IMG/VR virus record: IMGVR_UViG_3300015262_000001
Location: 62,001 to 126,000 of that record
Direction: 5' to 3' (one strand)
DNA: 64,000 nucleotides
Shown: one piece after another, positions 56,175 to 64,000 of the stretch
How the letters are laid out: each line of letters begins with the position of its first letter
How positions within the stretch are numbered: the stretch's first letter is position 1
Position numbers and translations under genes: made by a program
The notes under the pieces: generated by a model
Told to the model about the DNA's origin: nothing
Databases searched by the model: none
What the model saw: only the letters and a program-made list of their open reading frames with translations

Positions 56175-57554
56175 TTAGAACTTGGAGTTTTCGATTTCTT
56201 CTTTGGTCAGGCGGTGAACAAAGTGATCGATCGTTTTGTGCGGTGACACCACTTCACCGTTCCCCCAGACTTGCAGGTAGCAACCCATGTGAACCGCCAT
56301 TACAGCACGATGGTTCTTGGACAACGCTACCCCCAATGGTGCGAGGTCTTCTTTCTCCAGTGCGTAGATAACACCTTCGAGAGTTTCCCATTTCACGGAC
56401 AGACTGATATCTTCAACAAACTTTGGGATGCGTTCAACGTAGAGACAAGGAACACCCATCCGGATTAAAGTTTCAACCTGACCCACAAAAGGAAGACCTT
56501 CCAAATGACCCACCGCTAGACGACCGTAGTTAACATTGGCACCATGCTTGTTAGGGCGGACAATATTCACACAACGACGGTTGGCGGTTTCTGCGTCGGC
56601 CTTTAACGTTAAGTCCCGGGTATTGGGAGCCGGAACAATAGTTGGGGTGGGTTTCCATTCGTCGGAAACTTTCTCCAGCAGAACGAGTGTATCCTCGCTA
56701 ACCAGAATCGGTGTAGACGAAGAATGTACAGCACCCTTACTGTCAGTAAAGACAACCGACGCACCTTTGTTAATCCGACTTTCCATATCACGAAGGAAAG
56801 TGGGCGACTCATGGATAATGACGTCCGGCTTGTCCACGGCGTGTACCGATGCTGCAAGCGCTTTATAGCTAGAAAGGTTCCTGTCTACCGTATCCAATAG
56901 CTTTTTAACATCTTCCTCCGAAGCTTTGCTAATCGGAATGCGGGGCGCTTCAAGAGTAGAGTTACCCCAGTTGTTCGGGCGAGTTGGTGCTATTCCTGTT
57001 TCCAGGAGTTCCCCTACCTCGTCTTGCGTGAGATGGTGGACATCACCGGTGTGCAGGTTGGTGCATTCGAAACGTGGTTCGAGCGCTGTTTCGTACATCT
57101 TTTTCATGGTCCCGTCATCAGGCTCGAAAACGGAGGTAGGTTCATAACGAAGATTACCGGTTACGTTAATAACCTGGTCTACCATGCTGATCATCCCCTT
57201 GTCTAACAGACCGCTATCGCCAAATGCTTTAAGCAAACGAGTGATCAGTTGTTTGGCATCAGTGGGTTCGTAAACCGCATACAACTGTTCGTCCCTGAAG
57301 GTGCCATCAAACTGTGCCGTCTGAGGGTTGAGCAGGAAGGACGTTCCATTCTTACTCGCCTTTCCGAGAACAAGACGAACATCCAGCGCAGTATCAGTAG
57401 ATACACACGTGGCCTCGTAGAAGCCGTCTTCCAGCGTTGCGCCTTTGATCATCAAAGCTGGAGTTCCGCCCAGATCAAAGTTGTGCTCAACGTAATTGAA
57501 ATAAACGGTACCAGCAGGCAGAGCGAGGAAATCTTTAAGGGGTACAATTTTCAT
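56175..57554 (-). CDS. Multi-domain hypothetical protein, 459 aa
   Basis: N-terminal MKIV...FLALPAGTVY phage domain; C-terminal domain paralogous to 53139-53555. Confidence 0.78.
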   Translation of the reverse strand: MKIVPLKDFLALPAGTVYFNYVEHNFDLGGTPALMIKGATLEDGFYEATCVSTDTALDVRLVLGKASKNGTSFLLNPQTAQFDGTFRDEQLYAVYEPTDAKQLITRLLKAFGDSGLLDKGMISMVDQVINVTGNLRYEPTSVFEPDDGTMKKMYETALEPRFECTNLHTGDVHHLTQDEVGELLETGIAPTRPNNWGNSTLEAPRIPISKASEEDVKKLLDTVDRNLSSYKALAASVHAVDKPDVIIHESPTFLRDMESRINKGASVVFTDSKGAVHSSSTPILVSEDTLVLLEKVSDEWKPTPTIVPAPNTRDLTLKADAETANRRCVNIVRPNKHGANVNYGRLAVGHLEGLPFVGQVETLIRMGVPCLYVERIPKFVEDISLSVKWETLEGVIYALEKEDLAPLGVALSKNHRAVMAVHMGCYLQVWGNGEVVSPHKTIDHFVHRLTKEEIENSKF

Positions 57555-57571
57555 GATAGAGTCCTTGCGAA

Positions 57572-57685
57572 TTAGGCTTTAATAAAGGTTGAGATCAGGT
57601 AAGCGATCCCGAAGGCCCCGAAGGCCCCAAGCACTTGAATCAAGAAGATAATCACCGCCCGCTTGTTAAAACGTTTGTAGCGCAT
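57572..57685 (-). CDS. Small membrane peptide, 37 aa (MRYKRFNKRAVIIFLIQVLGAFGAFGIAYLISTFIKA), below the ORF-track cutoff
   Basis: Perfect AGGAGG RBS, basic N-terminus, single hydrophobic helix; first gene of the minus-strand operon. Confidence 0.75.
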   Translation of the reverse strand: MRYKRFNKRAVIIFLIQVLGAFGAFGIAYLISTFIKA

Positions 57686-57829
57686 AAATACCTCCTGTAA
57701 ATTTTTGAAAAGAAATGGGGTTGCAAGTAGATAATGTAGGTTTGAGTTTTATTATAAATGAAATGCCACTGACTATCTTATTTTGCAATTTTATGCTCCA
57801 AGCCCCCTGACCCTACTGTGGAACTAAAT

Positions 57830-58417
57830 ATGGCCTTTCCAAACGAACAACTGTTTTTGGACAGGTTCATCGCTTATAACCAAGACCGCTATAAGGATGA
57901 ACAGAACTTTGTAAACGCACTCACCGCCCTGACCATCGGCCAAGTCGCCTTCACCAATTTCCGTAAGTCGGAAAACGCTGGTGTTATCACTTACCTCGTC
58001 GACGTTGACTCACCGCAACTCTTCACAGGAGTCGACCAAAAATATCAACCGGCCGACTACGTGGCCAACGGACCGGCTAACCTGATTGACCCCACACCGT
58101 TGACCCTTACTGAACTTGAATCCAAAACAGTACAGGGCATCTACCTCTTGTCAGGAGAGGGCGACAGTGTGTCCGGGGCAGTGTTGGCGCGACAAGGTTT
58201 CAAGGATGCTGCAACAGTTCTTCAAATCATCAAGGACAGTTGCAAGTACGTGCTGTCGGATGAGGAGATCACAGTCGATCAGTTGGTGAGCTCTGCTGTT
58301 ATCGATTCACATACCGTTATCGGTACGCTCACAGTTGTCGAGAGCAACGGCGGGGTTATCACCGACGCAATTCACGACGGCACCTATCTGCACGACGGGA
58401 CTCTTACCTATCAGTAA
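57830..58417 (+). CDS. Virion protein, candidate tail-fibre adaptor, 195 aa
   Basis: First gene of the fibre operon; ends in HDGTYLHDGTLTYQ. Confidence 0.7.
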   Translation: MAFPNEQLFLDRFIAYNQDRYKDEQNFVNALTALTIGQVAFTNFRKSENAGVITYLVDVDSPQLFTGVDQKYQPADYVANGPANLIDPTPLTLTELESKTVQGIYLLSGEGDSVSGAVLARQGFKDAATVLQIIKDSCKYVLSDEEITVDQLVSSAVIDSHTVIGTLTVVESNGGVITDAIHDGTYLHDGTLTYQ

Positions 58418-58458
58418 GTCCGTGCAAATCTTAAATTAAATTCCTGAAGGAACGAGTC

Positions 58459-61400
58459 ATGGCAAATATTGTCGAAGTAAGTGAATTTCCCGAAGACATC
58501 CCCCTTATCGATACGGGGGAACCAGTACGTGGTGGTCCAGATGGCGCCGATAACCGCGCACCAAAACTGTTGGCAAACCGCACTCGCTACCTGTACGACC
58601 AGTTCCAGGCCCTGGTAGTTGGCGGGCTGAACGTTATCGGTACCCTCAACAACCAGGCTGCACTCGATGCCATTCCAACTGGACCGCTGGTCAAGGGCGA
58701 TGCGTACTTCGTCGAAGGCGCGTTGCATGTCTGGAACATGGTTGAATGGGTTAACTCCGGTTCGCTGTTGGGTCCACGCGGTATTACCCTGCTCGGCGCC
58801 TGGCCGGACGGTGTAGCGTTGCCTGATCCTACTTCCAACTCGGTAGGCGATGCCTATGTCTGGAAGAGCGATATCTGGCTGCTCATTCCTCAACCAGATG
58901 GCTGGGTTACCATCGGCTTGAAAGGCGACAAGGGTGACAGTGCTTACGACGTCGCTGTTGAAGACGGTTTTGCCGGTACCAAACCGCAGTGGCTGACTTC
59001 TCTGGTGGGCAAAAGCACTTACCAGATCTGGATTGACCAAGGTAACGTCGGTACTGAAGCAGACTTCTTGCTCAGTCTGAAAGGCGCCGCTGGTTCCGTC
59101 GGTTCTGTTAAAGTAATTGGTACTCTGGCCAGCGAAGCTGAGCTGGATGCTATCCCTACCGAGGGCATGGCTGAAGGTACTGCTTATTTCGTTCAAGGTG
59201 CCTTGCGCGTCTGGAACGGCATCGAGTGGACGGATTCCGGCTCCCTGTTGGGCGACCGTGGTATCACGCTCCTTGGCACCTGGCCTGACACCACTGAGCT
59301 GCCATCATGGGAAGCCGCCACTATCGGTGATGCTTACATCTGGAGAAGCGATCTGTGGTTGCTGGTTCCTGGTGGTGATGGCACCCCTCCTCCAGAAGGT
59401 CAGCCAGCGCTAGATCCGGCCTGGAGCCCAATCGGGTTGGAAGGTCCTGAAGGCGACAGCGCTTATGACGTCGCCGTGCAAACTGGCTTCGTCGGCACCA
59501 AGCCTCAGTGGTTGGCAACACTGGTCGGTAAGTCCGCTTATCAAACTTGGCTGGATCTGGGTAACGTTGGTGACCAACAGGCGTTCCTCGATACACTGAA
59601 GTCGGTTGTTCCTGGTCCTCCTGGCGATGAAGGCCCTGCTCGTTCTCCATTCGAGGTGATGGGTGCCAAGGCTTCTATCGGCCAACTCCCGGCAACTGGT
59701 GTAGCAACCGAAGCTTGGTACGTCGGTAGTCACCTGTATGTTTGGGTAACTACCCTTGCTCAGTATGTCGATCTCGGTTCGGTTGGCGGTATGTCCGCCT
59801 ATGAACTGGCGGTTGAAGATGGGTTTGGTGGCACGCTGCAACAGTGGTTGGAGTCCCTGAAGTCTACCGTTGAAGGTCCAACCGGTCCTCGTGGCCAGAA
59901 CCTGAACGTTAAGGGCACTGTAGCTAGCCAAGCTTTCCTGAGCAGCATTCAGGGTGTGGTAGAACAAGATGCGTATGTCACCGACAATACCGGCCACCTG
60001 TGGGTTTATGTCGATGCGGCGTGGGTCGATATCGGTCCTTTCCAAGGTAAGAGCGTTTACCAAGTTTGGATTGACCAAGGTCATAGCGGCGACGAAGCTA
60101 CCTTCCTGCAATCGCTGCAAGGTGTTGACGGTAAAGATGGTGTCAACATCGTTGTTAAAGGTTCGGTGGCTACATTCTCCGCACTGACCGCGACTCCGGC
60201 TGAGCAGGATGTTTACTCTGTTCGCGACACCAACACCCTGTACGCTTATGTCGGTGGCGGCTGGATCCCTCTGGGTACCTTTAAAGGTGCCGACGGTGTA
60301 GACGGCAATCCAGGCACTAACGGTTCTTCTATCACGATCATCAAGATCCTGACTCCTGAAGACCAGGTAGTTCCAGATGCAGCGGCTAACGCTGGTAAGG
60401 CTTATGTCGACCTGAACAAGCACCTCCAGTTGGCTCTTGGTGGCCAGTGGTACGACGGTGGTGCTGTTGGCGCTACTGGTGATCGTGGTCCTCAGGGTAC
60501 GGGCATTAACCTGCGTGGTACCGTAACTGGTACACAGTTCCTGCCTCGTGTAGATCAAGGCGCCGTAGACGGTGATGGCTACTTCATCGCCAGCAGTAAA
60601 CTGTTGTACGTGATGGTTGATGCCCAGTGGGAAGGTCCGTTCGACATCATTGGTCCAGAAGGCCCTCCAGGTGCCAATGGCGAGAAAGGTGAGGCCGGTA
60701 CCTCGATCAACATCCTGGGCGCTTACGCTACTCTGGGTGAGTTGTCGACTGCGCACCCTACTGGTAACTTGGGTGATGGTTACTTGGTTGGTAACAACCT
60801 GGCTATCTGGACTACCGCTAACGGTGGCGAATGGATCGATATCGGTCTGGTTCGTGGCCCTCAGGGTATCCAAGGTGTTCCTGGTCCTTCTGTCATCGGT
60901 CCTCGTGGCTTCAAGGGTGATAAAGGTGCATCCTGGATCACCCTTCCGGCTGGCGACGATGAGCCTGGCGCTGGCTTCACTGGTAACATCGGTGACTGGG
61001 CCGTTTCCGATACCTTCAAGGTCTACTACAAGTCGGCTGTGTCGGGTTGGACTTACTGGGGTCAACTGGTAGCGGGTGATGTCAACTCGCCGGTGCTGTC
61101 CTTCGGTAAAGCGGTACGTCTGGGCAATGAGTGGATTGTGTTGCCGGTAGATGAAGTACCGAACATGGTCGATGGCAAACTGTACGTTCGCTCCCTGATC
61201 AGCGGTAACACCGGCAACGAAGGTGAATGGGTCGAGTTGGTATTCCCTGACCCGTTCGACGACGCTCCGGATGATGGCAACAAGTACTTGCGCACTCGTG
61301 CCAACGGTCAACCGGCCGGTACGTGGGCACTGCTGCCGTCCATCATCCCTGAAGTACCGGATGATGGCAAAACTTACGGGCGTAAGAACCCAGTGGGTAG

Positions 61401-62466
61401 TGGCGGTGCTGATGCTCTCTGGATTGAAGTTGTTCCAGAGCCGCCAGTGGACTCTAACCTCTACGGTCGTAAGGGTGACAAAACCTGGCAGGTCATCACT
61501 GGTGGTTTCGCTGACGTTCCTACCGATGGTAACTTCTACCTGCGTAAAGGTGACCACAGCTGGTCCCAGTTCATTCCTCCTACGTTGGGTGACTTGGGTG
61601 GTGTTCCGACTTCGGCACTTGGGGTTAGCGTTGCAACGCTTGTTGGTGGTTTTGTTCCATCGAGCCAACTGCCAAGTTACGTCGATGATGTTCTGGAGTT
61701 CGCTAACCAGGCAGCTTTCCCAGGTACTGGTGAAACGGGCAAAATCTACATCGCCAAAGACACCAACGTTCAGTATCGCTGGTCGGGTACTGTTTACATT
61801 GCGTTGGTAGCTTCGCCTGGAACGACGGATGCTGTTGTAGAGGGGACAACTAACCTCTACTTCACACAAACTCGAGTACGGACGACTCCGTTGACCGGAC
61901 TGAGTTTGGCCACCAACAGTGCGATCGCCGCTACGGATACCGTCATCACGGCGTTCGGTAAACTCCAGGCGCAGATCACTGCGTTCGTACCTGGTTTTGC
62001 TGATGTGCCGACAGACGCCAACCTGTATCTCCGTAAGGGTGATCATACCTGGTCGGTGTACACCGGGGTTAACGCTCCGGCTAACGACGGTCACCAGTGG
62101 ATCTACAAAGGAGGCGTTTGGGTTTCGTTTGATCGTTATGATCTTGCGATTCAGGCAATTTCTGCAACAGCCACTATCGACCCAGCAGTCAACCTGTTTG
62201 CGAAGGTCGATAACTCGGCAGCCACTGCCAAAACCATCACACTGGCTGATGGGCCGAAAGTTGGCGGTGCTATCGGTGCTCGTGCGCTGACAGTAGTCGT
62301 GAAGATCAACGGTGCTGCTGGTACCATTACCTTTGCCGCTACCGGTGCAACTGTTCTGGTTTGGAACGGCGGTTCGCCTCCAGGCCTGACCGGTAGCCGT
62401 ACTGTCCTTACCTTCCTTTGGGACGGTGTGGAATGGACTGGTGCTTCTGGTGCTGTAGTACCTTAA
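58459..62466 (+). CDS. Mosaic collagen-like tail fibre, 1335 aa
   Basis: P2/Mu-prophage-type N-terminus (GGPDGADNRAPKLLANRTRYL), G-X-Y triplets, GKSAY...WL repeats, foldon-like motifs; followed by a fibre-assembly gene. Confidence 0.88.
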   Translation: MANIVEVSEFPEDIPLIDTGEPVRGGPDGADNRAPKLLANRTRYLYDQFQALVVGGLNVIGTLNNQAALDAIPTGPLVKGDAYFVEGALHVWNMVEWVNSGSLLGPRGITLLGAWPDGVALPDPTSNSVGDAYVWKSDIWLLIPQPDGWVTIGLKGDKGDSAYDVAVEDGFAGTKPQWLTSLVGKSTYQIWIDQGNVGTEADFLLSLKGAAGSVGSVKVIGTLASEAELDAIPTEGMAEGTAYFVQGALRVWNGIEWTDSGSLLGDRGITLLGTWPDTTELPSWEAATIGDAYIWRSDLWLLVPGGDGTPPPEGQPALDPAWSPIGLEGPEGDSAYDVAVQTGFVGTKPQWLATLVGKSAYQTWLDLGNVGDQQAFLDTLKSVVPGPPGDEGPARSPFEVMGAKASIGQLPATGVATEAWYVGSHLYVWVTTLAQYVDLGSVGGMSAYELAVEDGFGGTLQQWLESLKSTVEGPTGPRGQNLNVKGTVASQAFLSSIQGVVEQDAYVTDNTGHLWVYVDAAWVDIGPFQGKSVYQVWIDQGHSGDEATFLQSLQGVDGKDGVNIVVKGSVATFSALTATPAEQDVYSVRDTNTLYAYVGGGWIPLGTFKGADGVDGNPGTNGSSITIIKILTPEDQVVPDAAANAGKAYVDLNKHLQLALGGQWYDGGAVGATGDRGPQGTGINLRGTVTGTQFLPRVDQGAVDGDGYFIASSKLLYVMVDAQWEGPFDIIGPEGPPGANGEKGEAGTSINILGAYATLGELSTAHPTGNLGDGYLVGNNLAIWTTANGGEWIDIGLVRGPQGIQGVPGPSVIGPRGFKGDKGASWITLPAGDDEPGAGFTGNIGDWAVSDTFKVYYKSAVSGWTYWGQLVAGDVNSPVLSFGKAVRLGNEWIVLPVDEVPNMVDGKLYVRSLISGNTGNEGEWVELVFPDPFDDAPDDGNKYLRTRANGQPAGTWALLPSIIPEVPDDGKTYGRKNPVGSGGADALWIEVVPEPPVDSNLYGRKGDKTWQVITGGFADVPTDGNFYLRKGDHSWSQFIPPTLGDLGGVPTSALGVSVATLVGGFVPSSQLPSYVDDVLEFANQAAFPGTGETGKIYIAKDTNVQYRWSGTVYIALVASPGTTDAVVEGTTNLYFTQTRVRTTPLTGLSLATNSAIAATDTVITAFGKLQAQITAFVPGFADVPTDANLYLRKGDHTWSVYTGVNAPANDGHQWIYKGGVWVSFDRYDLAIQAISATATIDPAVNLFAKVDNSAATAKTITLADGPKVGGAIGARALTVVVKINGAAGTITFAATGATVLVWNGGSPPGLTGSRTVLTFLWDGVEWTGASGAVVP
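58627..59603 (+). repeat. Tandem intragenic duplication of an approximately 155-165 aa fibre module
   Basis: VIGTL..LDAIPT..AYFV.GAL.VWN..EW..SGSLLG.RGITLLG.WPD...GDAY.W.SD.WLL.P...GDSAYDVAV..GF.GTKPQWL..LVGKS.YQ.W.D.GNVG occurs twice. Confidence 0.9.
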
Positions 62467-62478
62467 CAGCTAACTCAT

Positions 62479-62504
62479 GGAAGCCTCCAAGGATGGAGGC
62501 TTCT
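62479..62504 (+). terminator. Intrinsic terminator-like hairpin after the tail fibre
   Basis: ggaagcctcca-agga-tggaggcttct. Confidence 0.65.
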
Positions 62505-62607
62505 GTGACTACCATGGCTGGTATGACATATGGTGTCAAGAGGTCTGTGCTGGAATTGGTACTTTGATATAGGCATACCTTTTTAATTTAATACGCAAGG
62601 AATCATC

Positions 62608-63264
62608 ATGACTGAAGTTACCCGCTTGACGCGACTGATTCACTCTGAATCGGATACTTACCCTGTATACTTGTCTAACATGGCAATGTATGCACCAAAC
62701 ACCATGTACGGTGCTACTGTAGACTCCGATCTCCTGATCGAGTTTGGTCTGGAAGTAGTTCACGATACTGAAATTCCCACCGGTGACGTGGTTACTGAAG
62801 GGCGCCCTGAACTGATCAGTGGTGAATGGTACCAGACCTGGGTGGTCCGTTCCTACTCTGAAGTTGAAGCCGCTACACGTCTGGCTACTGCTAAGACCAC
62901 TCTACAAGCACAAGCTGAAACCATGCGTGTTACTCAATTCGACCGTGGCTTCCCACACACCTTTGGCGAGAACGTCTACCACGTACAGATCCGGAATGCC
63001 GATCGTTCCAACCTCCTGGGTCTGCGCACCGTGGCCAAAGAAGTAGTAGCCGCGGGTGGTGACATGACATTCGAATTCCGCGTGTATGAAAACGTGGTAG
63101 TCGAGATCAGTGCCGCTGAAATGGTAGCCGTAGCTGACGCAGCGTTTACCGCTGCTACTCTTGGCTACCGCAAAACTTGGGCAGTAAAGGATGGCGCTGA
63201 TCTTGCTACCACCATCGAAGAGTTGCCACCATTGACTACTGAGGAGGACTTCTTCGTGGCATAA
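62608..63264 (+). CDS. Tail fibre assembly-type protein with DUF4376-like C-terminal domain, 218 aa
   Basis: N-terminal YPV...EG.PEL..GEWYQTW.V; C-terminal Q.R.ADR.NL...FR..EN...EISAAEM pattern. Confidence 0.78.
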   Translation: MTEVTRLTRLIHSESDTYPVYLSNMAMYAPNTMYGATVDSDLLIEFGLEVVHDTEIPTGDVVTEGRPELISGEWYQTWVVRSYSEVEAATRLATAKTTLQAQAETMRVTQFDRGFPHTFGENVYHVQIRNADRSNLLGLRTVAKEVVAAGGDMTFEFRVYENVVVEISAAEMVAVADAAFTAATLGYRKTWAVKDGADLATTIEELPPLTTEEDFFVA

Positions 63265-63270
63265 GCAAGT

Positions 63271-63300
63271 AACCTCCCTCTCTGGAGAGGGAGGTTTATT
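63271..63300 (+). terminator. Intrinsic terminator
   Basis: aacctccctctc-tg-gagagggaggtt followed by tatt. Confidence 0.7.
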
Positions 63301-63365
63301 ACTGGCGGAACTTTTGCGCACTACTTAGGTAACCATACTCCCGCCCTTTTTTAAAGGAATCACTC

Positions 63366-63824
63366 ATGAGCACATTTACGCGATTCAGTGCAATCGAACA
63401 GTTGCAGTACGACAAAGCTGCAAGTGTGTTGAATAACAAGGACCTCTGGGCGGTTATCCCTGGATTCCGCTACTACATTGGTAGTGAAGGGTCTGATAAA
63501 TACGTAGATGTGGAAACAGGGTTCAGAACCGATGGGGCGACCATCCCTCGATTACTGTGGTGGATACTCCCTCCAATGGGGGAATACAGCCAAGCGTGCA
63601 CGTTACATGATAAATTGTGTCAAACGTACCGCATCACGCAAATCATTAACGGTGTCCCTACACAGGTTCCTGTCACTCGTAAAGAGATCGACGAGATTCT
63701 TAAAGAAGCCATGGATGTCCTCGAAGTGATTGCGTGGAAAAAGTTTCTCATTAATTGCGGAGTCGATGGGTATCGCATCGCTACCAATCCGACTAAACCA
63801 AAAGCCGGATACCTCGTAGCGTAA
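63366..63824 (+). CDS. DUF1353 family protein, 152 aa
   Basis: V..GF.TDGATIPRLLW...P.GEYSQAC.LHD.LC signature. Confidence 0.85.
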   Translation: MSTFTRFSAIEQLQYDKAASVLNNKDLWAVIPGFRYYIGSEGSDKYVDVETGFRTDGATIPRLLWWILPPMGEYSQACTLHDKLCQTYRITQIINGVPTQVPVTRKEIDEILKEAMDVLEVIAWKKFLINCGVDGYRIATNPTKPKAGYLVA

Positions 63825-63845
63825 CTATTACGATGGAGATTCGTC

Positions 63846-64000
63846 ATGTTTGAAATGCTGCTGAGTGGGATGCAGGTTGCTCAAAACTACTTCCCCCTTT
63901 CAGGGCCTGGCACTAAGACTCTGACAAAAGGTAACCAAACACTAGGTTACTTTGGGGAAGTTTCTGGAGCTGAACTGTTTTACGGTTCAGAGTTGGTGTT
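63846..64000 (+). CDS. Partial virion structural protein (jumbo-phage tail-associated paralogue family); runs off window end
   Basis: MFEMLLSG...SGPGTKTLTKGNQTLGYFGEV matches the GPG..TL..G....GYFGEV N-terminal pattern; ggag RBS. Confidence 0.7.
   Translation, partial: MFEMLLSGMQVAQNYFPLSGPGTKTLTKGNQTLGYFGEVSGAELFYGSELV

Noticed and set aside
57690-57829. AT-rich gap as a possible replication origin
   Set aside because: No iterons or repeats. Adequately explained as a divergent early/late promoter region.
58627-62120. Repeats in the tail fibre as a possible CRISPR array or DGR template/variable pair
   Set aside because: The repeats are in-frame protein modules diverged at synonymous sites, not adenine-specific. 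No regular spacers and no reverse transcriptase in the window.
1-64000. tRNA or rRNA genes
   Set aside because: All larger gaps are explained by terminators, promoters or small ORFs. No cloverleaf or TTCGA/CCA pattern was recognised.

Overview
The window is 64 kb of a phiKZ-related jumbo myophage genome (Chimalliviridae-like, probably Pseudomonas-infecting). This assignment comes from recognised protein motifs and gene order, not from a database search. It contains conserved core blocks: a gp26-gp30-like tail module (sheath, tube); a gp175-gp182-like block (prohead protease, virion RNAP beta and beta-prime N-terminal subunits, giant tail lysin/tape-measure protein); and a gp147-gp158-like block (virion RNAP beta C-terminal subunit, UvsX, RNase H-like protein, virion proteins). 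It also encodes a SNF2-like helicase with a class 3 intein, and a mosaic tail-fibre operon. Two minus-strand accessory early regions (about 6.9-14.3 kb and 52.5-57.7 kb) lie between these blocks and are driven by a CCTATATTAC promoter motif. No tRNA, rRNA or CRISPR array was seen. Most interesting: (1) a candidate overprinted membrane-protein gene inside the disordered linker of virion RNAP beta; (2) a duplicated 63-bp terminator-promoter-hairpin cassette with an AGAC-N5/6-GTCT element; (3) several apparent pseudo-enzymes (NUDIX, RNase H, HD); (4) a dual GH19 + M15-like tail lysin; (5) a tail fibre with six foldon-like motifs and a P2/Mu-type attachment pair.
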